This document shows, one piece after another, positions 1 to 9,921 of a stretch of 64,000 bases of DNA; within the stretch, counting starts at the first letter, position 1, and the number at the start of each line of letters is the position of its first letter. The notes under the pieces are model-generated. The model saw only the letters and a program-made list of their open reading frames with translations. It ran no database searches and had not been told where the DNA came from. A program made the translations under genes and the position numbers. Where the stretch lies: sequence record DRR378314_1079, one strand, 5' to 3'.

Positions 1-399
1 GCGGCCGACGATCCTCGCTTTGCCTCGGCGGGCGCGCGGCGGCGGAACCGGCAGTCACTGAATCGCCTCATAACCGAGTGGTTGGGGAAGCGTGGCGCGG
101 AATCAACCGCTAAACGGCTGCAGAACGTTGGTGTCTGTGCCCATGCTTCCTGGAATATGCAAGAAATAGCAGACGACCCCCATCTGCGTCAGCGAGGTGC
201 GCTGACAGCCGTGGACGATCCAGCTATTGAAAAACGATTTGCCGTTGGCCCGCCCGCGCGGTTCAGCAAGACCCGGGACGTCGGAATCCGCCGAGGAACG
301 CCGGGGCTTGGACAGGATGAGGACTATGTTTATGGAGAGCTTCTTGGTTTGAGTTCGGAGCAGCGCGAAGACCTGGAAAGCCGTGAAATCATTTTCTGA
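1..399 (+). CDS. CaiB/BaiF family III CoA-transferase, C-terminal part (5' end outside the window)
   Basis: Frame is open from base 1 (AADDPRFAS...RRRNR); C-terminus DPHLRQRG...PARFS...PGLGQD...LLGLS is typical of CoA-transferase III. Confidence 0.85.
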   Translation, partial: AADDPRFASAGARRRNRQSLNRLITEWLGKRGAESTAKRLQNVGVCAHASWNMQEIADDPHLRQRGALTAVDDPAIEKRFAVGPPARFSKTRDVGIRRGTPGLGQDEDYVYGELLGLSSEQREDLESREIIF

Positions 400-465
400 T
401 TTCCGGTTGAGTCGTCATTGGAAAGACAAACAACAATTTACCCATTAGCAACGAGGTCTAGAGCC

Positions 466-1677
466 ATGAGTCACAAACCTCTTACTGGTCGCCGAGTCAT
501 TGAGCTAGGAACAATGATTGCCGCACCGTTTGCGACCCACATCCTGTCACAGCTGGGCGCTGAAATCGTTAAAGTCGAACCGCTCACTGGCGATACAACC
601 AGGGCTCTGGTCCGGGGTGGCCCGAGTGGCACCTTCATTGCCTATAACCACGGCAAGAAAAGTCTGGCCATTGATCTGACCTCCGCCGAAGGGCGGGAGG
701 TGTTCCACAAGCTTGCGGCGACTGCGGATGTGGTTATCCATAACCTTTCCCCTGCGGCCACCCAGAAGCTTGGAATAACCGCCGAGGACCTGGCGAAGGA
801 TAATCCGAACCTGATTTATTGCCATATTCGAGGTTACTCCGAAGGTCCCCAGCACGATGATCTGGCAACCAACCCCGTTGCCGAGGCAGCGACGGGTGTC
901 ATGGATGACAATCGTATAGATGGGCGGCCAAGCCGTTTGGGGCCTTCCTATCATGATCAATTTGCCGGAGCCTATGCGGTTATTCGAGTGCTCTCCACGC
1001 TCCTTAATCCAGCCCCCACGGCAGAGGAGCGGTATATAGAAATCGGGTTGTATGAAACCGGCCTGCACATCGCCAGCCGGGATCTGGCTGGGGTCCAATT
1101 GAAGACACAGCTTCTTGGACGTCCGGAAAAGGAGGCAGGCGGCGAGTTCGCAATGCCGGGATATGGGGCCTATCAGACCGAAGATGGTCGTTGGATCTAT
1201 TTGTTGGTGCTGACGGATGCCCATTGGCGGAAGTTGTCTCAGGGTCTTTCTATGCCAGAGGCCGATGATAAGGACCTGGTAGGGCTCAGAGAGCGGAAGA
1301 AACAACGTGAGCGTGTTGAAGCCGCAGTGAGGAGAGCAATCGGTGGCCTGACCTTTGAGGTCGCTGTTGAGAAATTGAAAAAGGCGGGTGTTGGGTACAC
1401 AGAAGTACTCCCGCTCGAAAGGGTACTGGAGGCACCTCAGGCAAGGCATCCCGGAAAATTACGCTCGCTTGAGTTTGGTGGTCTGGCATTTGATGTTCCC
1501 GAATTTCCCGGCGACGGAACTGTCGATGCCGGTGAGGCACCTCCGCACCTCGGCCAACACACCGTTGAAATTCTGAGCCAGCTCGGATTTGACGAGAGGG
1601 CATGTGCACACCTTGTTGAAACACATGCGGTCTCTGTCCCGGAAGAACGTGACCATGTTTGGGCCCCCAAACGCTAA
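466..1677 (+). CDS. CaiB/BaiF family III CoA-transferase
   Basis: [19 protein letters not shown]...[21 protein letters not shown], catalytic-Asp region [21 protein letters not shown] 466 preferred over TTG 418. Confidence 0.9.
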   Translation: MSHKPLTGRRVIELGTMIAAPFATHILSQLGAEIVKVEPLTGDTTRALVRGGPSGTFIAYNHGKKSLAIDLTSAEGREVFHKLAATADVVIHNLSPAATQKLGITAEDLAKDNPNLIYCHIRGYSEGPQHDDLATNPVAEAATGVMDDNRIDGRPSRLGPSYHDQFAGAYAVIRVLSTLLNPAPTAEERYIEIGLYETGLHIASRDLAGVQLKTQLLGRPEKEAGGEFAMPGYGAYQTEDGRWIYLLVLTDAHWRKLSQGLSMPEADDKDLVGLRERKKQRERVEAAVRRAIGGLTFEVAVEKLKKAGVGYTEVLPLERVLEAPQARHPGKLRSLEFGGLAFDVPEFPGDGTVDAGEAPPHLGQHTVEILSQLGFDERACAHLVETHAVSVPEERDHVWAPKR

Positions 1678-1804
1678 TAGCACGATTTCATACGGGCGAG
1701 GCGGAAAGCCTTGGTTGGAGCTTCCTGCCTTAGCCCTTCATCATTCAAACCGCTCGACTTCTGCAGATGGGAGAAGCGGGCAGGCACGACATAGGGCCTC
1801 TACG

Positions 1805-3088
1805 ATGGCAAAGAGAACGGCAAAGCTGATTTTGACTGAACCGGACACGGTCATTGATTTGCCAGTCTATGGAGGATCATTGGGTCATGATGTGATCGAT
1901 GTGAGGGCGTTGGTCAGCAAAGGCGTGTTTACTTATGATCCGGGATTCATGTCCACCGCTGCCTGTGAGTCTGCAATCACATTCATCGATGGAGCACAGG
2001 GTGTGTTGATGCACCGTGGCTATCCTATTGAGCAACTTGCCGCGCAATCCAACTATGTCGAACTCTGTTATCTGTTGCTGTTCGGAGAGCTACCAACGCC
2101 AGAGGCGTATCGCCAGTTCGAGGCACGTATCCGGAACCACACGATGGTGCATGGCCAGATTGCGAATTTCTTTCAGGGCTTTCGGCGTGACGCCCACCCA
2201 ATGGCCATCCTCTGTGGCGTTGTAGGCGGGCTGGCTGCTTTCTACCATGACCATCTGGATACTGCAGATAGTGAAGATCGGCTGATAAGTGCTATCCGGC
2301 TCGTCGCAAAAATGCCGACGATTGCCGCCATGTCCTATAAATATGCCCTTGGGCAGCCCTTCAGGCAGCCCCGTAATGATCTCAGCTATGCCGAGAACTT
2401 TCTTCACATGATGTTCAGCACGCCCTGTGAACCCTATGAGGTGAATCCTGTTTTCGCTAAGGCTCTGGACCGAATCCTTATGCTGCATGCCGATCATGAG
2501 CAGAATGCGTCGACATCCACTGTTCGCTTGGCGGGGTCTACGGGTGCGAATCCATTCGCCTGCATCAGTGCAGGTATTGCAGCGTTGTGGGGGCCAGCAC
2601 ATGGTGGTGCAAACGAGGCGGTACTCGACATGCTGGAGCAAATTGGCGATGACTCCGAAGCGAATATCCAACGCTTTATCGATAAGGCCAAGGACAGGAA
2701 CGATCCGTTCAGGCTGATGGGGTTTGGTCATCGCGTTTATAGCAGCTTCGATCCGCGTGCCCGGGTGATGAAGGAGACCTGCGACCAGGTACTGGCAGAG
2801 CTGGGGAATCCTGATGATCCAACCCTGCGTATTGCAAAGAGAGTAGAGCAGATCGCATTGGAGGATGATTACTTTATACAGCGAAAACTCTATCCAAATG
2901 TTGATTTCTACTCCGGTATCATCCTCAGGGCCATGGGGATACCGACCAACATGTTTACAGTCATTTTTGCGGTTGCACGCACCATCGGTTGGATCTCACA
3001 TTGGAACGAGATGATTGATGGTGATTTGAAAATTGGGCGTCCCAGGCAGCTATATGTGGGCCCACCCAGGCGTAACTACCCTGATTGA
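1805..3088 (+). CDS. gltA: Type II citrate synthase (probably an accessory paralogue)
   Basis: [47 protein letters not shown]; His/His/Asp catalytic residues intact; start trimmed to ATG 1805. Confidence 0.95.
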   Translation: MAKRTAKLILTEPDTVIDLPVYGGSLGHDVIDVRALVSKGVFTYDPGFMSTAACESAITFIDGAQGVLMHRGYPIEQLAAQSNYVELCYLLLFGELPTPEAYRQFEARIRNHTMVHGQIANFFQGFRRDAHPMAILCGVVGGLAAFYHDHLDTADSEDRLISAIRLVAKMPTIAAMSYKYALGQPFRQPRNDLSYAENFLHMMFSTPCEPYEVNPVFAKALDRILMLHADHEQNASTSTVRLAGSTGANPFACISAGIAALWGPAHGGANEAVLDMLEQIGDDSEANIQRFIDKAKDRNDPFRLMGFGHRVYSSFDPRARVMKETCDQVLAELGNPDDPTLRIAKRVEQIALEDDYFIQRKLYPNVDFYSGIILRAMGIPTNMFTVIFAVARTIGWISHWNEMIDGDLKIGRPRQLYVGPPRRNYPD

Positions 3089-3230
3089 ACGAGATTGCGC
3101 GCCTCCTCGCGCGCGGTTCTTGTCTATGGGAGACGTTACGTATAGAGTTCCAAGGTTTTCCTGAGCAAAATTGGCTCCAGCGCAATAACCGAGCTAATTT
3201 AACGTAACCAATGCAAAGCCGTGATCTCCT

Positions 3231-3896
3231 ATGATGATGGATTACAGAACCAAAGAGGAACGAGTCGCTGATTACTTGCGTGAAGGCATCATTTCCGGCG
3301 TGTATCCGAGGGGATCAAGGCTAAAGCAGGCGGAAATTGCAGAGCGGCTGAATCTCAGCATTACCCCTGTTCGCGAAGCTCTGAAGATTCTGGAAGCAGA
3401 AGGCTACATCAAGCGCGACTCATACCGCGGTGCTTCCATCGTTCCTTTTGATGCGGCAGCTTCAGAAGAGATTCTGCAATTGAGGCTGCTCCTTGAAGCC
3501 AAACTGGTTCAGGGCGCGGTCGAGAAAGCGACATCCAAAGATATTGAGGCTTTAAGGGCGCTAGAGAAAGAGTTTGAGGAAGCCTTTGCAAGTGGTGACC
3601 CGGCATTGGCGCGGGGCGTGAACTATCGACTGCATCGAAAAATGTACGACATAGCGGATATGCCTCACACCCTGCATTTCGTCCAGATTCTTTGGGCGCG
3701 TTACCCGTTCGACCTCATCAACATGTCCAGCGGCAGGAGCGATAGGGCGATTAAAGAACACGAGGCAATATTGGAAGCTATTTGTTCCCGAGATGCCTCT
3801 GCAGCGGTTCTTGCGATGAGAAAGCACATCGAATCCGGATGGGAAGTATTGAAAGCGTCTGTGGCGGCATCCTCTCCGGAAGTTGTCGAGCGATAA
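3231..3896 (+). CDS. GntR/FadR-family transcriptional regulator (FCD domain)
   Basis: N-terminal wHTH (PRGSRLKQAEIAERLNLSITPVREALKILEAEG); FCD-like C-terminus (EHEAILEAI...MRKHI). Confidence 0.92.
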   Translation: MMMDYRTKEERVADYLREGIISGVYPRGSRLKQAEIAERLNLSITPVREALKILEAEGYIKRDSYRGASIVPFDAAASEEILQLRLLLEAKLVQGAVEKATSKDIEALRALEKEFEEAFASGDPALARGVNYRLHRKMYDIADMPHTLHFVQILWARYPFDLINMSSGRSDRAIKEHEAILEAICSRDASAAVLAMRKHIESGWEVLKASVAASSPEVVER

Positions 3897-3901
3897 GGCA
3901 C

Positions 3902-3924
3902 AAAAAAGCCCCTGCATGAGGGGC
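3902..3924 (-). terminator. Intrinsic terminator of the porin gene
   Basis: Minus strand GCCCC-tcatgca-GGGGC followed by T6; a second hairpin (GCAGGGCC...GGCCCTGC, ~3958-3981) lies closer to the stop codon. Confidence 0.7.
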
Positions 3925-3988
3925 AGAAGGTCACAACGATAACGCCGTGTGGAGCCTTGCAGGGCCGGGTCCTGGCCCTGCTGCCAGG

Positions 3989-5242
3989 TCAAAACTTCAC
4001 GCGCAGACCGGTGGTTACGATGGTGATGTCCTCGTATTCCGGGTTGTAGCAGGTTCTTCCGGAGGTGGTGCACCATTCGGCGCGCTCGAAGCTGTGTATC
4101 TTGGCGCCACCATAAACGTCGAACATGTCCGTAGGGCTCCAGACGTAGCCAACCCCGATCACGGAACCTTTCTCATCTTCCTTGTTGCGGTCGCGGGTCT
4201 CACCGTAGTGAATGTCGAACGCGTGCTGGCGATTCGGGCGATAGCCCAGTTTGACGTAGCGGAACTGTCCCAGTTCCGAGTTCGTTGCATCAAACGTGTC
4301 CGTTGCCTCCTCTTCCGTCAGTTCCTGGGCCCGGTTAACCGCTGCTAAAGATAGGTTCAGGCCGGTATTGCTGTGAAAGTACGAGACCGAACCACCGTAG
4401 ATGTTGACGTCTTCTCCGTCTGAGCCACCCGGGTCCTCATTGTTCTGGGTCGCACGGGAATAGCCCACGCCGACCAGCATGCGGCCACCCGGCACCCGGA
4501 GGCCGGATTTGACACCTACCTGCAGAACGGAGTTGTGCCCATCGTCACCATCGTGGCCGGCACTGACCGACACCGTGGCAGGGCCGATGCGGGGGCTGTC
4601 GTAGCGAATCCGGTTGTGCCGCCCTTCAAAGTTGTAGTCACGAATACTGCCGGAAATGGACGACTCGTTCTGCGCGGGATTCGCCAGGTCGAACGGCTCA
4701 TTGCCCGTGAAATTGCCGCTGCCGTCAAAGGTGCGCTTGAAAGAGGACGATTTCAGTTCGTAACGGAGGCTGCCACCGATCAGGTTCGGGTTACGAAAAC
4801 TGATGACGCCTGTACCGGAATAATCCCGGCGCCCGGCATTGTAGGCTGCACCCTCGCCCAGGCCGAGGGTCACCTTGCCGTAGGGCGTATCCACAAACGC
4901 ATCGGTAATGCGCTCATCCACTTCTGGCCCTGTGTTCTTGGCATCCGGATCCACGTCGTTCGAGGCGTTGGAAAACACGCCCACTTCGATGAGCGCACCG
5001 GCTGTCCAGCCGTCAAACAACCGTTGAGTACCGCCGATGCTGAAGCGCGTCGGGCTGTTGCGGTTATCCACATGGTAGAACTCGGTGTCCGAACCCACGC
5101 CCAGGTTGTTCGCGCTGTAGCCATCCTTGGCGTACATGACAGCGCGGTTTACCTGGCCGCCGACCTCGACTTCCAGCGCAGATGCGGGGAGTGCCGTCAG
5201 GCCAACTACGCCAGCCGCCAGCATCGATTTGAAAAACCTCAT
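3989..5242 (-). CDS. Gram-negative outer-membrane porin
   Basis: Signal peptide (...ALPASA), GQVNRAV first strand, YGKVTLG, RIRYDSP, C-terminal GLRVKF; RBS GGAGG. Confidence 0.85.
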   Translation of the reverse strand: MRFFKSMLAAGVVGLTALPASALEVEVGGQVNRAVMYAKDGYSANNLGVGSDTEFYHVDNRNSPTRFSIGGTQRLFDGWTAGALIEVGVFSNASNDVDPDAKNTGPEVDERITDAFVDTPYGKVTLGLGEGAAYNAGRRDYSGTGVISFRNPNLIGGSLRYELKSSSFKRTFDGSGNFTGNEPFDLANPAQNESSISGSIRDYNFEGRHNRIRYDSPRIGPATVSVSAGHDGDDGHNSVLQVGVKSGLRVPGGRMLVGVGYSRATQNNEDPGGSDGEDVNIYGGSVSYFHSNTGLNLSLAAVNRAQELTEEEATDTFDATNSELGQFRYVKLGYRPNRQHAFDIHYGETRDRNKEDEKGSVIGVGYVWSPTDMFDVYGGAKIHSFERAEWCTTSGRTCYNPEYEDITIVTTGLRVKF

Positions 5243-5411
5243 ATTGCCTCCGGTTTCTTGTTTTGTAAGGTTTCGTCCGCAGAGTTCACCTGTTTGTATT
5301 CGGCCAATTCGAGACGTGTCTTTGTTATCAGTCTGGTCTCATGGCGCTTTCCACGCTTACTTTATCGGCTACTATTGATACCTATGTAAATTGAAAACAT
5401 TAGATAGGTAT

Positions 5412-5426
5412 ATGCGTTTTCTGCAT
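5412..5426. promoter_or_regulatory. Putative LysR box ATGC-N7-GCAT (porin/LysR divergent region)
   Basis: ATGCGTTTTCTGCAT fits T-N11-A; same dyad at 6380-6394. Confidence 0.6.
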
Positions 5427-5431
5427 GTAAT

Positions 5432-6364
5432 TTGGAGAAGCCATTGAATATCAAAAAGTTGAAGTGCTTTCGCGCTGTGGTGATTCACGGCTCCCTGGTG
5501 GCGGCCGCCAATGTGATGAACCTGAGCCAGCCTGCGACCAGCCGATTGATCTCCACGCTGGAGGACGAACTGAAGTTGAAACTGTTCAAGCGGGAGAAGC
5601 GGCGCCTGGTGCTGACGCCGGAAGGCAAGGAGTTTTACCGGGAAACCGAGAAGATCCTGTCGAACCTGGATGATCTGCCCCGCATCGTGCAGGAGATCAA
5701 GGCGGGTGGTACCCGGACCCTGCGGATTGTGGCGTTGGCCAGGCTGGCGAACAGTCTGGTGTCACCGGCATTGGCGCGATTCGTGAACGAGCATCCGGAG
5801 CAGCGTTTCAGCGTGGATGTGCGAGGGCATCGGGACATCGAGCAATGGGTGGCCGGCCGCCACTACGACATTGCCGTGGCGTTGACCAAGCCCTGCAATC
5901 ACCCCTCCGTTATTCAACGGCCCTTTTTTGACACCGACGCGATGGTGATGATTCCTCGCGGGCATCCCCTGGAAGCTCTGGAAACCGTTTCCCCGGGCCA
6001 GATGGCGGAGCACGACATCATTGCCCTGGCGTCCGGGTTGCGTCCCCGTTTCCAGATGGAGGAAATCTTCAACGCGGCCGGCGTCGCCCTCGATTGCAAG
6101 ATCGAAACCACGTCCAGTGTGTTGGCGTGCCAGATGGTGGTGGAAGGGCTGGGGGTCACGATCATTGATCGGCTGGCTGCGCTGGCAGTGGACCAGTCAC
6201 GGTTTTGCCTGCGCCCATTAAGCCCTAACTACCGGTTGCAGTTTGTGTTGCTGTTTCCGCCGGGTTTTGAAGAAACGCCGGCCACCACCAGTCTGGTGCG
6301 ATGTCTTCAGGAAGAGGTGGCTTCCGCGTTGGGGGAGCACGCCACGATGACGGGCACCGCATAA
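5432..6364 (+). CDS. LysR-family transcriptional regulator
   Basis: HTH GSLVAAANVMNLSQPATSRLISTLEDELKLKLFKR...LTPEG; 310 aa. Confidence 0.95.
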   Translation: MEKPLNIKKLKCFRAVVIHGSLVAAANVMNLSQPATSRLISTLEDELKLKLFKREKRRLVLTPEGKEFYRETEKILSNLDDLPRIVQEIKAGGTRTLRIVALARLANSLVSPALARFVNEHPEQRFSVDVRGHRDIEQWVAGRHYDIAVALTKPCNHPSVIQRPFFDTDAMVMIPRGHPLEALETVSPGQMAEHDIIALASGLRPRFQMEEIFNAAGVALDCKIETTSSVLACQMVVEGLGVTIIDRLAALAVDQSRFCLRPLSPNYRLQFVLLFPPGFEETPATTSLVRCLQEEVASALGEHATMTGTA

Positions 6365-6379
6365 CCCGGGTGTTTATAG

Positions 6380-6394
6380 ATGCATTAATTGCAT
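6380..6394. promoter_or_regulatory. Putative LysR box ATGC-N7-GCAT upstream of the ABC operon
   Basis: ATGCATTAATTGCAT in an AT-rich intergenic region. Confidence 0.6.
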
Positions 6395-6516
6395 AGAAAT
6401 ATGACTTATATTCAATTTTAAAATCAATTCGGCCTGCCTAGACTGATTTCCAATCCCTGATCTGGATGCGAACCAAACAACCATCAGGTGCTCCAATAAT
6501 TACAACAGGAGGAGAC

Positions 6517-8058
6517 ATGAGGATCCGGCCCCCGGTGCCCATCGGTCACTGCCTTATTGGCTTGCTAGCCCTCTGCGCCCTGCCTTTTTATGCCAGCGCT
6601 GGCCCGGAAGACGACACCCTGGTGGTGGCGTTTTCCAAGCCGCTGACGACGGTTGACCGGCTGTATTCCATCCAGCGCGAAGGGTTGATCCTTTCCCGAC
6701 TGACCGACGACGGCCTGTTCTTCGTGGACCCGGACACCCTCGAGTTCGTCCCTCTCGCGGCGTCATCCTATGAATGGGTGTCAGACACCGAACTGGACGT
6801 CACTGTCCGTGACGACGTGGTCTTTCACGATGGCAGCCCGCTGACGGCGGAAGACGTTGTCTACACCTTCGAATGGGTGATCAACGAAGAGTCGGATACC
6901 AGCCGTGGGCCGGTCATTCGCAGCTGGCTTGAAAGCGTCGAAAAGCGGGCCCCCGGGAAGGTTCGTTTTAACCTGAAGCTGCCTTACCCCATGGCGTTGC
7001 GCGATATGGCGATCAGCATACCGTTGCGCAAGCAGGGTACCTACGATGAGGCAGGGGACGAGACGGGCGAGCAGCCGTTAAACGGGATCGGTCCGTACAA
7101 AGTGACGGCCTTCAGTGCTGGCCGCGAAATTGTCCTTGAGCGTTTCGAGGACTATTACCAGGCCAGCCCAAAGGCAAATCCGGCCATAGAGAACATGGTG
7201 TTTCGGGTCATTCCGGACCAGGGCACGCAACAGGCGGAACTGCTCAGTGGCGGCATCGATATCATGATGGACGTGCCGCCGGATGTGGCCGATAACGTGA
7301 GCCATCTGCCAGGCGTCAAACGCCTGGAAGGCAACGATATTCGCATTGGCTATATCACCCTGGACGCCGCCGGCTATGTCGACCCGGACTCACCGTTTAC
7401 CAAGCTCAAGGTGCGCCAGGCCATCAACCACGCCATCAATCGTGAGGAAATCACCAAATACCTGATGCGTGGCAGTGCCGAAGTGGTTCATTTTGCCTGC
7501 CACCCACGCCAGTTCGGGTGCAATGCGGATGGCCCGCGTTATTCCTACAACCCTGAAAAAGCAAAGCAACTGCTGGCCGAAGCCGGCTACCCGGATGGGT
7601 TTTCCTTCAAGCTGTGGGCCTACCGGGAAAAGATCATTGCGGAGGCCGTGGTCAGCAACCTGAAGGCCATTGGCCTGGATGTAGACCTGCGGTTCGTCAA
7701 GCTGAACGTGTTTTCCAAGGTTCGCAACAGCAAGGATATGCAGGCGTTCTTCGCCTCCTACGGCAGTGGTGGCACGGCGGATGCGTCAGCCTCCACCGGG
7801 GTTCATTTCGCGGCCAATTCCGCCCGCAATTACAGCGGTGACGACGCGCTTGCGGACACCGTGACCGCGGCGGAACAGACCATCGATGCCGATGAGCGCA
7901 AGCGGCTGTATCGCCAGGCCCTTAACCGCATTGCGGAGCAGGCCTACTGGGTGCCGATGTTTTCCTACAGCCAGAACTTCCTGTTAACACCCGAGTTGAA
8001 ATTCTCCGTTCCCAAGGACGGCGTTCCCCGGTTCTGGCAAGCCAGTTGGAGGCAGTAA
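6517..8058 (+). CDS. ABC transporter substrate-binding protein, family 5 (Dpp/Opp-like)
   Basis: Signal peptide, VVFHDGSPLTAEDVVYTF, GIGPYK, VRQAINHAINR, AKQLLAEAGYPDGF; RBS AGGAGG before ATG 6517. Confidence 0.93.
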   Translation: MRIRPPVPIGHCLIGLLALCALPFYASAGPEDDTLVVAFSKPLTTVDRLYSIQREGLILSRLTDDGLFFVDPDTLEFVPLAASSYEWVSDTELDVTVRDDVVFHDGSPLTAEDVVYTFEWVINEESDTSRGPVIRSWLESVEKRAPGKVRFNLKLPYPMALRDMAISIPLRKQGTYDEAGDETGEQPLNGIGPYKVTAFSAGREIVLERFEDYYQASPKANPAIENMVFRVIPDQGTQQAELLSGGIDIMMDVPPDVADNVSHLPGVKRLEGNDIRIGYITLDAAGYVDPDSPFTKLKVRQAINHAINREEITKYLMRGSAEVVHFACHPRQFGCNADGPRYSYNPEKAKQLLAEAGYPDGFSFKLWAYREKIIAEAVVSNLKAIGLDVDLRFVKLNVFSKVRNSKDMQAFFASYGSGGTADASASTGVHFAANSARNYSGDDALADTVTAAEQTIDADERKRLYRQALNRIAEQAYWVPMFSYSQNFLLTPELKFSVPKDGVPRFWQASWRQ

Positions 8059-8060
8059 TC

Positions 8061-8978
8061 ATGTTGAACTATGTGCTGCGCAGAGGGTTCATGGCACTGC
8101 TGGTGGCCCTGACGGTGTCCTTCGGAACCTTTGCGTTGTTCCATTTCGCCACCGATCCGGCCCAGACCATTGCTGGCGAGGACGCGCCCCAGGAAATGGT
8201 GGATGAGATCCGCGAGCAATACGGCTTCGACCGCCCGGTGCTGGTGCAATACGGCGACTGGCTGGGCGGCGTGCTGCAGGGAGATTTCGGCAAAAGCTAT
8301 TTCTGGAAACAGCAGGTGGTTGAGCTGATCCAGGAACACGCCAAGGTCACCATCCTGCTCGCGCTGTCGGCCCTGATGGTGACGGTGGTGATTGCGCTGC
8401 CGCTGGGCATCAGTGCCGCCCTCAAGCCCAACAGCTGGGTGGATCGCCTCGCACTATCAACGGCGGTGTCGGCCCAGGCCATACCCAATTTCTGGCTCGG
8501 TCTGATGTTTATCATCCTGTTTGCCGTCACCTTTCCGATCTTCCCGGTGTCCGGTGACGCCACCTGGAAACACTATGTGCTGCCGTCACTGGTGCTGGGT
8601 GCCAGCTCGGTGCCCGCCGTGATGCGGCTGACACGGACCGGACTGCTGGATGTGCTGTCGTCGGATTACATCCGCACCGCCCGCGCCAAGGGGTTCATGG
8701 GCTATCGCTTGATCCTTCAACAGGCCATGCGCAACGCGTTGCTGCCCATTGTCAGTGTGTTGGCGGTGCAGCTTGGCCACAAGCTGGGCGGCTCGGTGGT
8801 GACCGAATCGGTGTTCAGCATGAACGGCCTGGGCCGGCTGGCAGTGGAGTCCATCTTCAACTCGGATATCCCCACAGTGCAGTCGCTGATCCTGATATTC
8901 GTGTTGACCTTTGTATTGCTCACGCTGGCGGCTGACCTGATCAACGCCTGGCTCGACCCTCGTATCCGGATGGGGTGA
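8061..8978 (+). CDS. ABC transporter permease (DppB-like)
   Basis: GDFGKSY, EAA-loop region DYIRTARAKG, DPRIR terminus. Confidence 0.93.
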   Translation: MLNYVLRRGFMALLVALTVSFGTFALFHFATDPAQTIAGEDAPQEMVDEIREQYGFDRPVLVQYGDWLGGVLQGDFGKSYFWKQQVVELIQEHAKVTILLALSALMVTVVIALPLGISAALKPNSWVDRLALSTAVSAQAIPNFWLGLMFIILFAVTFPIFPVSGDATWKHYVLPSLVLGASSVPAVMRLTRTGLLDVLSSDYIRTARAKGFMGYRLILQQAMRNALLPIVSVLAVQLGHKLGGSVVTESVFSMNGLGRLAVESIFNSDIPTVQSLILIFVLTFVLLTLAADLINAWLDPRIRMG

Positions 8979-9920
8979 ATGATGACCACAAGACACGCAC
9001 TCGGCGATGCCAGCATCGCCACCGTTGAAACACCGTCCGAGCTCGAGGAGGGCGGCCTGGGGCTGAGCCCCACCATGGCCGCCCTGAAGCGGGCCCGCAA
9101 ACATCACGGCCTGAAGATCGGTTTTGGCATTCTGCTGGTGATGGCTGTGTTCGCGTTGTTCGCGCCCTGGCTGGCACCGCACGACCCGTACATGCAGAAC
9201 CTCTCACTGCGCATGTTGCCGCCGGTATGGAACGAGGGTGGAAACTGGGAGTATCTGCTGGGTACCGATCACCTAGGGCGGGATTACCTCAGTCGCCTTA
9301 TTCACGGTGCCCGCATCTCGATGACCATCGGTCTGGGTGCTGCATCCATCGGTGCGGTGATTGGTGTCACCCTGGGGCTGATTGCCGGCTATTTCGGTGG
9401 CTGGATCGATCAGGCCGTCAACTTCCTGGTTACCTGCCAACTGGCCGTGCCCAGCCTGCTGCTGATCATGGCGCTGGTGTTCGTTATCGGCCAGTCGGTC
9501 ACCGTGGTGATCTTTGTCATCGGCGCCACCCACTGGGTGTTCTACCTGGTGGTCACCCGCTCCGCCACGCTGCGGCTGCGGGAACTGGATTTCGTTGCCG
9601 CCGCCAACGCCATGGGCTGCAGCAAGTTTCAGATTGCGGTGCGCGAAGTGCTGCCGAACCTGGTGAACCAGATCATGGTGATTTTCACCCTGGAAGTGGC
9701 CGTGGCCATCCTCAATGAGGCCACCCTGTCGTTCCTTGGCCTGGGCATTCCGTCGCCGCTTCCCTCCTGGGGCCTGATGATCGCCGAAGGTAAGACCGCC
9801 ATGTTCTTCCAGCCCTGGCTGGTGATCCTGCCCGGTATCGCCCTGTTTATCCTCGTGATTGCCATCAACCTACTGGGGGATGGAGTCCGCGATGTCACCG
9901 TTACCAACCGGAGGAACTGA
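8979..9920 (+). CDS. ABC transporter permease (DppC-like)
   Basis: LLGTDHLGRD, FVAAANAMG, LSFLGLG...PSWG, NLLGDGVRD. Confidence 0.93.
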   Translation: MMTTRHALGDASIATVETPSELEEGGLGLSPTMAALKRARKHHGLKIGFGILLVMAVFALFAPWLAPHDPYMQNLSLRMLPPVWNEGGNWEYLLGTDHLGRDYLSRLIHGARISMTIGLGAASIGAVIGVTLGLIAGYFGGWIDQAVNFLVTCQLAVPSLLLIMALVFVIGQSVTVVIFVIGATHWVFYLVVTRSATLRLRELDFVAAANAMGCSKFQIAVREVLPNLVNQIMVIFTLEVAVAILNEATLSFLGLGIPSPLPSWGLMIAEGKTAMFFQPWLVILPGIALFILVIAINLLGDGVRDVTVTNRRN

Positions 9921-9921
9921 T

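Noticed and set aside
547-1449. 300-aa ORF on the - strand, and similar long overlapping ORFs (4535-5389, 22647-23522, 48752-49666)
   Set aside because: All lie opposite well-supported genes and lack recognisable domain signals.
1589-1804. 72-aa N-terminal extension of citrate synthase in the ORF track
   Set aside because: It overlaps the upstream gene, and GltA-like sequence begins at ATG 1805.
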